64,000 nt of DNA from Vicinamibacteria bacterium (GCA_963668695.2 CAXXLQ010000004.1:3168001-3232000); one strand, 5' to 3'. Positions 1 through 11,860 are shown, counted from the stretch's first letter. Made by a program: numbers and translations. Notes: generated by a model from the sequence alone, not told the origin.

Positions 1-17
1 GGGTTGCCGCCATCGGC

Positions 18-511
18 ATGCTGGCCCGGCGGGATCTGAGCGAGGGAGAAGTGCGGACGAAGCTCCTCGCGCGGGAGTTCGCGGAAGATGAGGTCGAAGA
101 GGCCCTTTCCCGGCTACTGAGACGCCGCTACCTCGACGACCGCTCGCTCGCGGCTGCGGTGGTGCGCGCTCAGGTGCGGACGAAACATCAGGGCCCGCTC
201 AAGGTGAAGGCGTACTTGCAGCGGCGGCAGATCCCCGCGGAACTGGCAGAGGAAGCCATCCGGGCGGAGTTCCCCGACGGGGCTGAAAACGAGCGTGCGG
301 TGATCGCGCTCCAAAGGATGTGGCGTCGCGCTGCGGGTGGAGACGCAGAGGGGGACTCGGCGGCAGCGGAACCGGAACCCCGGAACCGGAAGGAGACAGG
401 TCGTCTCTTCCGGCACCTGGTTTCCCGGGGCTACTCGTGGGCAGCGGCCCGGCACGCCCTTTCGTCCGACATCAACGCCCCCAGCGAGGAGCGTGATCGG
501 GAGATCGAGAG

Positions 512-515
<4 letters not shown>
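18..515 (+). CDS. recX: RecX family regulatory protein (start may lie upstream of the window)
   Basis: LARRDLSEGEVRTKL, YLDDRSLA, GPLKVKAYL and LVSRGYS helical repeats; directly upstream of alaS. Confidence 0.85.
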
Positions 516-3211
<2,696 letters not shown>

Positions 3212-3279
3212 CCCCCGAGCGCCTGGGGGCACCGGCCGGGGGGCACCGGCCGGGCAGCAGCCCGACCGGCCGCGAAGCG

Positions 3280-4008
3280 TCAGACAACCCGTCCGGGGCG
3301 CGCGCCGGTTCCCTCTTCCCGGGTTTCCTCGATGCCCAGCCGGTTCCTCATGAACCACACCGCTCCATAGACGAGCGGGGTGTCGAGGATGGCGACGAAC
3401 CACTTGAAGACCACCCCGTTGGCGATCAGGATCGGCACCCGCTCGATGGTGATTTCCTCGGCGCCGAGCAGAGCGAGGACAGTGGTGATCAGGATGGTGT
3501 CCACGAGTTGCGAGGTAAACGTCGAGGCGTTGTTGCGAAGCCACAGATGGCGCCCGCCGGTTCGTCGCTTCCAGTAGTGGAACAGGCGGACATCCAGATA
3601 CTGGGCGCCCAGGTACGCGCACATGGAGGCGGTAACCGCGACCGACTGGATCCCGAACACCAGGTCGAACGTCGCGTCGTCCACCGCGCTCCAGTCGGCG
3701 GCGGGCATCACATTGGAGAGCGCCACCAGCCCCACCACGAAGATGCTCGCAAAGAACCCGGCGGTCACCAGTTGGCTCACCCGGCGGCGGCCATAGAACT
3801 CGGACAGGACGTCGGTACAGATGAAGGTGACCGGATACGCCAGGATCCCGACCGAGAGTTCCATCTGCGGGTTCAGGCCGAGAAGGCCGAGAGCCGGGAT
3901 CTCCCAGACGAAGAACTTGCGGAAGATCAGATTGCAGGCGATGAGCGCCGCGATGAAGACCGCGGCGAGGGTCAGGAAGGCCTGTTCCCTGACGCGCGGG
4001 TTTTCCAC
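3280..4008 (-). CDS. yhhQ: Queuosine precursor transporter (YhhQ/VUT family)
   Basis: YPVTFICTDVLSEFYG, AYLGAQYLDV, LWLRNNASTFTSQLVDT motifs. Confidence 0.9.
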   Translation of the reverse strand: MENPRVREQAFLTLAAVFIAALIACNLIFRKFFVWEIPALGLLGLNPQMELSVGILAYPVTFICTDVLSEFYGRRRVSQLVTAGFFASIFVVGLVALSNVMPAADWSAVDDATFDLVFGIQSVAVTASMCAYLGAQYLDVRLFHYWKRRTGGRHLWLRNNASTFTSQLVDTILITTVLALLGAEEITIERVPILIANGVVFKWFVAILDTPLVYGAVWFMRNRLGIEETREEGTGARPGRVV

Positions 4009-4014
4009 GATCCG

Positions 4015-4902
4015 CTACTCGGGCGACCCGAGGTCGGGTGAAACCCGCAGCAAGGCGCCATAGGTGTCGACCCGCCGGTCCCGAAAGAACTGGAGCAGTT
4101 CGCGCAGTTCACGGTTCTTCCCGAAGTCAAGATCCGCAAACACGATTTCGGGATCTTCGCCCCCCCGCGCCATCACCTCGCCGAAAGGATCGCAAACGAA
4201 ACTGCCGCCGTAGTAGGTCATCGGGCCTTCGACACCAACCCGGTTGGGAGCCCCGACGAAGACGCCGTTCGCGATCGCGTGGCCACGCATGACCGTCCGC
4301 CAGGCGTCTTCCGAGGAGTAGCCCGGCCGATCCGGCTCGCTACCGATCGCGGTCGGGAACAGGAGGAGGTCGGCGCCGCCAAGGGCGAGCAGGCGGGCCG
4401 TTTCGGGAAACCACGAATCCCAGCAGACCCCCACTCCGATCCGCCCGAAGGCCGTCTCCCACACCGGATACCCGCGGTCTCCCGGTGTGAAGTAGTACTT
4501 TTCGTGATAGCCGGGTCCGTCCGGGATGTGATTCTTCCGGTAGGAACCGAGGTAGCTGCCGTCGGCGTCATAGACGACGGCCGTGTTGAACAGCACTCCG
4601 GGGGCAGCCTCCTCGAAGACCGGTACCACCAGCACGATTCCCAGTTCGGCGGCCAGCCGACCCAGTTCCCCAACCCGCTCCGAGGGCTGTCGCTCGGCGT
4701 ACCGCCAGGACTCCACCGCGACCAGCCGCGGAAAGTACGGCAGGTCGTACAACTCGGGGAGGCAGACGATGCGAGCCCCGCCGGCCGCCGCCTTGCGAAT
4801 GGCAGTCACGGCTCCTTCGTGCGCAGCGTCGCGGTCAGATTCGATCGCGCGTTGGATCAGGGCGAGCCGGGGCTGTCCTTCGGGTTTCTGATCGGGATTC
4901 AT
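4015..4902 (-). CDS. aguB: Carbon-nitrogen hydrolase, probable N-carbamoylputrescine amidase
   Basis: Nitrilase triad CLPEL / YRKNHIPDGPGYHEKYYF / VCWDSWFPE, PTAIGSEP; clustered with agmatine deiminase. Confidence 0.85.
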   Translation of the reverse strand: MNPDQKPEGQPRLALIQRAIESDRDAAHEGAVTAIRKAAAGGARIVCLPELYDLPYFPRLVAVESWRYAERQPSERVGELGRLAAELGIVLVVPVFEEAAPGVLFNTAVVYDADGSYLGSYRKNHIPDGPGYHEKYYFTPGDRGYPVWETAFGRIGVGVCWDSWFPETARLLALGGADLLLFPTAIGSEPDRPGYSSEDAWRTVMRGHAIANGVFVGAPNRVGVEGPMTYYGGSFVCDPFGEVMARGGEDPEIVFADLDFGKNRELRELLQFFRDRRVDTYGALLRVSPDLGSPE

Positions 4903-4986
4903 CGGGTAATTCTGTCGCGACTGATCGTGTCGTGACCGGGCTCCGGAACAAGGCAGCGAAAAAGTGCTCGACCTGTCCCCAGGCTG

Positions 4987-6369
4987 CTAGCCCGAGATCA
5001 GACCGAGGAGAACGAAACCGATGAGCGCGGCGGCGGCCCCGATCAGGGCGTACGGCAACTGCGTCCTGACGTGCTCCACCAGGGAGCATCCGGCGCTTCG
5101 CGCAGCGAGCACCGTGGCATCGCCGTAGAAGCAGGCGTGGGAACCGAAGGCGCCCGCGGAGACCAATGCTCCCAGGGTAAGCGGCAGAGGAGCCCCCAGT
5201 TCGCTCGCCAGGCCAACGACTACGGGCATGCTGACCGAGTAGGCCCCCCAGAACGACCCGGTGGCGAATGCCACTCCGGACAGGGCCACAAACACCAGCG
5301 CCGGGAGCATCCAGGCGCTCGCAATCGGCCGCACGCTACCGATGACGAACTCGGTCAATCCGAGCGAAGCGTTCACATCCCGGAGGACGAAAGAAACGAG
5401 CACGATCCCGAGGGGATAGACCATCTTTTCCATCCCGAGAAAGGCGCCGTCGGCGACGGGGCCGAGACCACCCGCCGGACGGACCAGACCAGTCAGCAGC
5501 AGCGCCACTCCCAGCGCCGCCACGACGCCGAACAGCGCGTCCCCACCAAGCGCCAGGGTGGCCGCCGGCAGAGTCAGGATGGGGAGCACAAACGCCGGGG
5601 TACGGAGCCCGGGCCGAGCGGGCGGGCCCGCGGTAGGCGGCGGCTCCAGGCCTTCGTCGAGCGCGGCGGCCTGCGGGACCCTCCCGGAGCGGACGGCCCG
5701 CTCGGAGTCCGCCATCGGCCCGAAATCGCGTACCGCCCCCACGATGACGGCCAGCACCAGCATTACCGCGAACCACGGGTAGAGGAGGTAGGGAATGATG
5801 GATGCGTAGAGACCGATCCCGCCGCCCGGACCGGCGAGCCCGTTCTGCTCGAAGAGCCCGGCGATGAAAACCGTCCAGGTCGAAGCCGGGATCAGGACGC
5901 AGATCGGGGCCGCCGTGCTGTCCACCACGTAGGCGAGGCGAGCGCGGGAAATTCCGATCCGGTCCGCCGCCCCCCGGAAGGCCGCTCCAACCGCCAGGGC
6001 GTTCAGGTAGTCGTCCACGAAGGTGACGATGCCGAGTCCGAAGGCGGCGAGTAGCACCCCGCGGCGGGTCCGGAGCTTCCGGGACAGCGCCTCGCCGAAA
6101 GCGCGGGAGCCGCCCGCGCGGGCAAGGATCCCGATGAGGGCGCCGAAGAGCATCACGACCAACACCACCCAAACGCTCGTCGGTTCGGCCATCACCGACT
6201 GGAGGTTCTCAAGGAAGGCGCCAAGAAAGCCGCCTCGGGAGAGCATCAGGTGGCCGAGCAGCGATCCGAAGATCAGCGCCTCAAGAGGGCGGCGGGTGAG
6301 GACCGCCAGGCCCAGCACCGCAAGGCTCGGGATGAGGCTGAGGGCCCCCCACCCCTCGACGCCGCTCAC
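4987..6369 (-). CDS. Na+/H+ antiporter NhaC-family membrane transporter
   Basis: FVDDYLN, LAYVVDSTAAP, ATGSFWG, FGSHACFYGDAT motifs; multiple TM helices. Confidence 0.85.
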   Translation of the reverse strand: MSGVEGWGALSLIPSLAVLGLAVLTRRPLEALIFGSLLGHLMLSRGGFLGAFLENLQSVMAEPTSVWVVLVVMLFGALIGILARAGGSRAFGEALSRKLRTRRGVLLAAFGLGIVTFVDDYLNALAVGAAFRGAADRIGISRARLAYVVDSTAAPICVLIPASTWTVFIAGLFEQNGLAGPGGGIGLYASIIPYLLYPWFAVMLVLAVIVGAVRDFGPMADSERAVRSGRVPQAAALDEGLEPPPTAGPPARPGLRTPAFVLPILTLPAATLALGGDALFGVVAALGVALLLTGLVRPAGGLGPVADGAFLGMEKMVYPLGIVLVSFVLRDVNASLGLTEFVIGSVRPIASAWMLPALVFVALSGVAFATGSFWGAYSVSMPVVVGLASELGAPLPLTLGALVSAGAFGSHACFYGDATVLAARSAGCSLVEHVRTQLPYALIGAAAALIGFVLLGLISG

Positions 6370-6454
6370 GCGAGTGGGGTTCCGGGGTGCTGGGGGCTAC
6401 CGGTGGTCATAGCGGGATCCTGGGCGCAGCACGCCCCGGCCCGGTGCGCGTGGC

Positions 6455-6799
6455 ACGTTTCGCCCCTGCGGGGGACGATGCCGGCCCCCACCGGGAGAAC
6501 TGGCCAGAGGTCGGCGTTCCCCTGCCCGGCCGCGCTCGGAGTGCATCGGCCGTGAGCGGTTTCGCCCGCGTTCCGGGAGCGATGCCGGTGTGAACACCGG
6601 CGTTCCCCGTACGCGCTGCCCTTCCGGTGGGTCGGCGCATCGCTCTACGCGCAAAAACTGATGGCGGCGAACGCCGTTCGCTGCCCACCAGATCGGGGGG
6701 TGGGTGTGGGCGGGGGCACTCCCCCGCCCACAAGAAGGTAAAGACAAATCGGAACTCGCCGCAGCGCGCCTACGGCGCGCAAGGGAGTTTCGATTTCCG
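6455..6799 (+). repeat. Structured non-coding leader, copy A (homolog at 25690-26013)
   Basis: Shares CCCCACCGGGAGAACTG..AGAGGTCGGCGTTCC, ATGGCGGCGAAC, GAAGGTAA and ATCGGAACT...AGTTTCGAT with copy B; stems show compensatory changes. Confidence 0.75.
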
Positions 6800-7258
6800 G
6801 CGCGAAGCGCCGGGCGGTTCGGGAACCGGGGTGCGACGCCCAACTTCTCTGATAGCACATCGGTACCTGCCCGATCTCTCGTCGCACTCCGGTTACCGGA
6901 ACGCTCGACTCCGAGGCGCGAAGCGCCGGGCGGTTCGGGAACCGGGGTGCGACGCCCAACTTCTCTGATAGCACATCGGTACCTGCCCGATCTCTCGTCG
7001 CACTCCGGTTACCGGAACGCTCGACTCCGAGGCGCGAAGCGCCGGGCGGTTCGGGAACCGGGGTGCGACGCCCAACCTCTCTGACAGCACATCGGTACCT
7101 GCCCGATCTCTCGTCGCACTCCGGTTACCGGAACGCTCGACTCCGAGGCGCGAAGCGCCGGTCGGTCCGGTAGCGGGGTGCGACGCCTGGTCGCCCCTGA
7201 GATCTCCCCATCATGCGACCAGATCACCCCGTCGCACCCCGTTACCGGACCGCGCGAG
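6800..7258 (+). repeat. Tandem array of 116-bp stem-loop units (3 near-identical + 1 diverged)
   Basis: GCGCGAAGCGCC recurs at 6800, 6916, 7032 and 7148; each unit has an inverted repeat CCGGGGTGCGACG / CGTCGCACTCCGG. Confidence 0.92.
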
Positions 7259-8996
7259 GCTCAGGCTCCTGTTGAAGGATGCAGTGAATCCCGCCGCCAC
7301 CCAGGTTGACGGCGATCGCGTCGAGGGCGAGCACTTCCCGGCCCGGAAACACCTCGGCCAGGATGGCGAGTGCCCGTTCATCCTTGGCGCGCACGCTCTC
7401 GGGCATTCCCGCCTTCCAGTATTTCTGGGCCAGGACGAGCCCGTTCGTGATCTGGAAGTTGAGATAGCTCGCGGCCGCGATGACCCGGATCTCGCCCTCG
7501 GGATCGATCCGGGATCCGTCTTCGTAGTCGAGCGGCTGAATGTAGTCGAACACCCCGTCGCCTTTCCGCATCGTGTCGAGAAGGGAATCCGGAACCGGCA
7601 TCCGCACAATCCGGAAGGGGTTGCCGTCCTGATCCGTCGCGGCGCGGAGTCTCCGGAAGCTCTCCTCCAGGCGCTCATGGCTGATGGCGGCGATGGGATC
7701 CGTCTGCCGTTCCTCTTCCGTTATCTCGGCGAGGAGGATGGTTTCCGGGTCGGCAAACCGGGCGAACTCGTCCACGTGACCGCCGGTGGTGATGACGGTG
7801 TAGACGTCCCCGGGGAGCCGGCCGCGGAAGGTGAGTTCGTCTTCCGCCATTCCTTCGGCAAGCCAGATGACTTTGGAGACCCCCAGGACCCGGCGGAACT
7901 CCTCTGCCGTGGCTTCGAGGGTCCACCCGGGATTGCGTTGGAGTTCCACCGCCTCCACCGCGATCATCACGCCCCGGCCGTTGAACTCCCGGGAGCCTCC
8001 TTCGCTGATGAGCGATGACTTCTCGACGTCGAGATCGAGCAGTTCCGCGATGTGCCGGTCAACCGCCTCTTCAAGTCTGGAGTTGGCGCTCTCCGGCGAT
8101 TCATAGCCCCACATGTTGAAGCCGAAGTCGGCGATCCGGAGTCCGCCCCGATCGCCGCGCAGGAAAATGGGCCCCATGTCCCGCATCCAGACATCGCCGT
8201 GGGGCACGCTGTGAATGGTCACGTGACCACCGGGGACCCCCTCCCGCCGGAAGCGATCGCGGATGGCGCCGGCTTCGTCGTCGTCCTGGGCCAGCAGTTC
8301 GATCGCCACCCGACCCTCGGCGGCGCGGATGATTTCGATCAGCAGCGGTTCGGTCGGCAACCCGCGCTTGTTCTCGTAGGTCGGCCACGCCATCCAGAGG
8401 GCCCGGTGGGGCTCGAACTCCGCCGGAAAGACGAACGCCTCCCCGAGCGGACCCATCACCGGTTCGCCACTCGGCGCTCCCCCGCACGACCAGAGTCCGA
8501 GCGCCAGCAGAGCGGGCGGGATTCGTAGCAGCCGGTGGTGAAACCCGGGTGAGCGCCGAGGCCGGGGAGGCCCAGTTCTCCCGGTGGGGCCAGTTCTCCC
8601 GGTGGGGGCCCGGCTGACAAGGCGCGTGAGGGAGGAATACCGAGTGTATTTCGACCGAAACGCAACGATGAGCGGCGCGCAGCGACGCGGGTAACGGCCG
8701 GTGGTGGAACCCGGGTGAGCGCCGAGGCCGGGGAGGCCCAGTTCTCCCGGTGGGGCCAGTTCTCCCGGTGGGGGCCCGGCTGACAAGGCGCGTGAGGGAG
8801 GAATACCGAGTGTATTTCGACCGAAACGCAACGATGAGCGGCGCGTAGCGACGCGGTTCAGCCGGGATGGATCGTCGGCCGAACGCCGCGCGGGTTTCAT
8901 TACAGGCTGTTTGGCCGGGATGGATCGCCGGCCGAACGCCGCCTGGGTTTCACCACCGGCTGCTAGGGCGCTGCGACCGCTAGTCGAACACCACAT
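7242..8996 (-). CDS. aguA: Agmatine deiminase family lipoprotein with an in-frame repeat insertion in its signal peptide
   Basis: FPAEFEPH..WMAWP, DVWMRDMGP, SEGG, GGHVDE, GGGIHCILQQ; lipobox LWSC; ATG at 8996 inferred by removing the 8526-8965 element. Confidence 0.85.
   Translation of the reverse strand: MWCSTSGRSALAAGGETQAAFGRRSIPAKQPVMKPARRSADDPSRLNRVATRRSSLRFGRNTLGIPPSRALSAGPPPGELAPPGELGLPGLGAHPGSTTGRYPRRCAPLIVAFRSKYTRYSSLTRLVSRAPTGRTGPTGRTGPPRPRRSPGFHHRLLRIPPALLALGLWSCGGAPSGEPVMGPLGEAFVFPAEFEPHRALWMAWPTYENKRGLPTEPLLIEIIRAAEGRVAIELLAQDDDEAGAIRDRFRREGVPGGHVTIHSVPHGDVWMRDMGPIFLRGDRGGLRIADFGFNMWGYESPESANSRLEEAVDRHIAELLDLDVEKSSLISEGGSREFNGRGVMIAVEAVELQRNPGWTLEATAEEFRRVLGVSKVIWLAEGMAEDELTFRGRLPGDVYTVITTGGHVDEFARFADPETILLAEITEEERQTDPIAAISHERLEESFRRLRAATDQDGNPFRIVRMPVPDSLLDTMRKGDGVFDYIQPLDYEDGSRIDPEGEIRVIAAASYLNFQITNGLVLAQKYWKAGMPESVRAKDERALAILAEVFPGREVLALDAIAVNLGGGGIHCILQQEPEPRAVR
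8526..8965 (+). mobile_element. MITE-like element cluster M1, inside the aguA 5' region
   Basis: TAGCAGCCGGTGGTGAAACC ... GGTTTCACCACCGGCTGCTA terminal inverted repeats; core GCTGACAAGGCGCGTGAGGGAGGAATACC present twice. Confidence 0.85.
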
Positions 8997-9072
8997 CGCC
9001 CCGACTATACTGAGCCGGCTGCGGTCCGAAGCCGCCTCTGTCGGGTCTCGGAGACCATTCGCACGAGACGAC

Positions 9073-9363
9073 ATGGACGAGAACGAGTTTCTGGGGATCG
9101 CCGAACTGGCGTCGCTCGCGGTGCCTCACGATCCCAAAGACCGGGAGGCCTTCTGGCAGGCGCGCACCGTGCTCCGGGCCTTTGCCCGCCGCGTCACCCG
9201 CATGTCCGACGCCACCCGAACTCCGTCCGGAAGCCCGAGGGCGGGCCAGGCGTCATGTCCGCTCCGTCCCGACGATCCAAAGGGCGGCCTCCCGGAAGGC
9301 GCCGCCTTCGAAATCGCCCCGGAAACCGGAGAGCGTCTGATTCAGGTTCCCCGGGTACTCTGA
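9073..9363 (+). CDS. gatC: Asp/Glu-tRNA amidotransferase subunit C (divergent)
   Basis: IAELASL at the N-terminus, PLRPDDP, APET..IQVPRVL at the C-terminus; directly upstream of gatA. Confidence 0.7.
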   Translation: MDENEFLGIAELASLAVPHDPKDREAFWQARTVLRAFARRVTRMSDATRTPSGSPRAGQASCPLRPDDPKGGLPEGAAFEIAPETGERLIQVPRVL

Positions 9364-9371
9364 GAACCGGA

Positions 9372-10841
9372 GTGCCGACTTCCGATCGCGGGCCGTCCGC
9401 AGCCTCGGGAGCGCGCGGGGAACCGAGCCTGGCCGCGGCAACGGAGGCCGCACTCGAGCGCGCGGAGGAAATCAACCGGCGAATCCACGCGTTCCTGCAT
9501 CTCGACCGCGAGGGCGCCCTCGCCACCGCCAGGGCGCTCGATCGGCAGTCGCCGGATTGCCGGGGCCCTCTGTTCGGACTTCCGGTTGGCGTGAAGGACA
9601 ACATCGCCGTCCGGGGACTGCCTTCGACTTCCGGCTCCGCCCTGCTTCGCGATTACCGGGCGCCCTACGATGCCACCGTCGTCGAACGCCTCCGGAAGGC
9701 GGGCACGGTCATCCTCGGCACCGCCAACCTCGACGAGTTCGGAATGGGCTCCTCGACCACCATGGGCTTTCGGGGCCCCACGCGGAATCCGCTAGATCCC
9801 ACCCGGATCACCGGCGGTTCGTCCGGCGGCCCGGCGGCGGCGGTCGCCGCAGGTGCGATCACGGCAGCACTCGGAACCGACACCGGCGGCTCCGTGCGCC
9901 AGCCGGCCGCACATTGCGGCATCTACGCCATCCGTCCCACCTACGGCCGAGTTTCCCGCTACGGCATCACGGCGTACGCCTCCTCGTTCGACCAGGTCGG
10001 CTGTCTCGCCACCGATTTGCGCGTTTTGGGACGCGTCCTTTCCCAAATCGCCGGCGTCGATTCCCGAGACGCGACGAGCGTGTCCCGGGAGGTTCCCGAC
10101 TTCGCGGCCGCCGCGGCCCGACCCGAGCTGCCCCGCCGGATCGTCACGGTGGGGGACGCCGACCTCGAGGTGCTCGACGCTCCCTCGCAGAGGGCGTTTC
10201 ACGCGGCAGTCGGGCGATTTGAGGAGGCCGGCTGCGAGATCCGGCGCATCGGGTTGCCTAACCCCGAGAGCAGCGTCGCCGCCTACTACCTCCTGGCCTG
10301 CGCCGAAGCGAGTTCCAATCTGTCACGGTTCGACGGCATCCGCTACGGACACCGCAGAGCAGGCCAGGAAATCCTGTCGACCACGTTTCGGGAGAGCCGC
10401 ACCCAGGGTTTCGGGACCGAGGTGCGCCGGCGCATCCTGCTCGGGACCACCGTTTTGTCCAGAGGGTACCGGGACGCGATTTACGGGGCGGCTACCGAAG
10501 CGCGCCGACAGATCACCGCGCACGTGCACTCCACCTTCGACCACGGGGCACTGCTCCTGCTCCCGATCACGAAGGTCCCCCCTCGCCGTCTCGCCGATCC
10601 GGTGCCCGCCGCCGCCGACTACGATGGAGACCGGTTCACGATTCTCGCCGCCCTCGCGGGAGTGCCGGCGATCGCCGTCCCGGCGGGCGAGCGGAGCGGC
10701 CTCCCGTTCGGAGTCGAACTGATGGCCCCCCCCTGGAACGAGGCCGCGCTCTTCTCGGCGGCGGCCGCGTTCAGCGCGATCCCGAGCCCCGCCGCCCGGC
10801 GGCCCAGGAGTCCCAGCCCCGGGGCGGCAGAGGTTCGGTGA
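9372..10841 (+). CDS. gatA: Asp/Glu-tRNA amidotransferase subunit A (start uncertain)
   Basis: Amidase signature GGSSGG, GTDTGGSVRQPA, EASSNLSRFDGIRYG, GFGTEVRRRILLGT. Confidence 0.9.
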   Translation: MPTSDRGPSAASGARGEPSLAAATEAALERAEEINRRIHAFLHLDREGALATARALDRQSPDCRGPLFGLPVGVKDNIAVRGLPSTSGSALLRDYRAPYDATVVERLRKAGTVILGTANLDEFGMGSSTTMGFRGPTRNPLDPTRITGGSSGGPAAAVAAGAITAALGTDTGGSVRQPAAHCGIYAIRPTYGRVSRYGITAYASSFDQVGCLATDLRVLGRVLSQIAGVDSRDATSVSREVPDFAAAAARPELPRRIVTVGDADLEVLDAPSQRAFHAAVGRFEEAGCEIRRIGLPNPESSVAAYYLLACAEASSNLSRFDGIRYGHRRAGQEILSTTFRESRTQGFGTEVRRRILLGTTVLSRGYRDAIYGAATEARRQITAHVHSTFDHGALLLLPITKVPPRRLADPVPAAADYDGDRFTILAALAGVPAIAVPAGERSGLPFGVELMAPPWNEAALFSAAAAFSAIPSPAARRPRSPSPGAAEVR

Positions 10842-11853
10842 GCCCGCTGGACCGACAGAGTCGCACTCCTTCCCCGACCCCGGTGACCCACCCCACCAGA
10901 GTCACCGGGATGGCCGCCGCCGCGGCGGCGGCCAGTACCCGCTCCTTCGGCCCGGCGACCAGCAGCTCGTAGTCCTCGCCGCCGAAGAGTGCGGCCTCCA
11001 GACCCGCCGCCCCCTCCCCGGCGAGGGGTAGCCGGGCCTCCTCGATGAGCGCTCCGACCCGACTCGCTTCGGCCAGGCGATGCAGGTCGAGCGCCAACCC
11101 GTCCGAGATGTCCATCGCGGCCCGGGCTGCGCCAGCCAGGGCCACCCCGGCCGCCAGCCGCGGGATGGGATCGAGCTGCCGGGCCACCAGCCGCTCTTCG
11201 TCCGGGCCGAAAGGAGACCCTTCGGCACCCGCGCGGCGGCGCAGCAGGCAAAGACCCAGCGCGGCGCCTCCCAGCTCCCCGGTCACGAAGAGGCCGTCAC
11301 CGGGCAGCGCTCCCGTTCGGCGCAGTAGCGGAGCGCCCGGGGCGGCGGCCCCGGCGACCGTGACGTGAAGCCCGAGGCGCTCGCCGGACGTAATGTTGCC
11401 CCCCGCGAGGGGGGCACCCAACTCCGAGGCCCGGTGCGCCGCCGCTTCGGCGATCGCTGCCGCCGCCTCCTCCCGGGGCGGCGGAGCAACCAGGGAGATC
11501 AGGGTCGCTACCGGACGGCCGCCCATCGCGGCCACATCGCTTACCGCCGCCGCCACCGCCCGGCGTCCAATGGCCCGCGGTGGATGAAGGCGGGGGTCGA
11601 AGTGAACGCCCTCCTCGGACGCATCCGTTGTCAGGAGGAGCGTGCCGCCATCGGGCCAACGAAATGCCGCAGCATCATCCCCCGGTCCCAGCACCATCCG
11701 CGGCACGGCGTCCGTGTGCTCCCGGGGATGCGCCGGAAGGGCGGCCAGGATACGCCGGAGCAACCGATCCTCTCCGGACAGGGACCGCGGCGCGGGAGAC
11801 CCGTCCGCCCGCGATCCCGAGGGACCGTCTGCCCCGCCGGAGGAACCGCGCAA
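10771..11853 (-). CDS. thiL: Thiamine-monophosphate kinase
   Basis: GPGDDAA, EGVHF, SDVAAMGG, GGNIT, AMDISDGL, GGEDYELL. Confidence 0.93.
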   Translation of the reverse strand: MRGSSGGADGPSGSRADGSPAPRSLSGEDRLLRRILAALPAHPREHTDAVPRMVLGPGDDAAAFRWPDGGTLLLTTDASEEGVHFDPRLHPPRAIGRRAVAAAVSDVAAMGGRPVATLISLVAPPPREEAAAAIAEAAAHRASELGAPLAGGNITSGERLGLHVTVAGAAAPGAPLLRRTGALPGDGLFVTGELGGAALGLCLLRRRAGAEGSPFGPDEERLVARQLDPIPRLAAGVALAGAARAAMDISDGLALDLHRLAEASRVGALIEEARLPLAGEGAAGLEAALFGGEDYELLVAGPKERVLAAAAAAAIPVTLVGWVTGVGEGVRLCRSSGLTEPLPPRGWDSWAAGRRGSGSR

Positions 11854-11860
11854 CTAGTTA

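Noticed and set aside
6451-6465. Additional sigma54 promoters at TGGCAC (also near 16900)
   Set aside because: No TTGC at the required spacing
6655-6690. Hammerhead ribozyme core (CTGATG)
   Set aside because: The motif is CTGATGG rather than CTGATGA and is not conserved in the second leader copy
6800-7258. CRISPR array
   Set aside because: Units are 116 bp, three interiors are near-identical rather than unique spacers, and no cas genes are in the window
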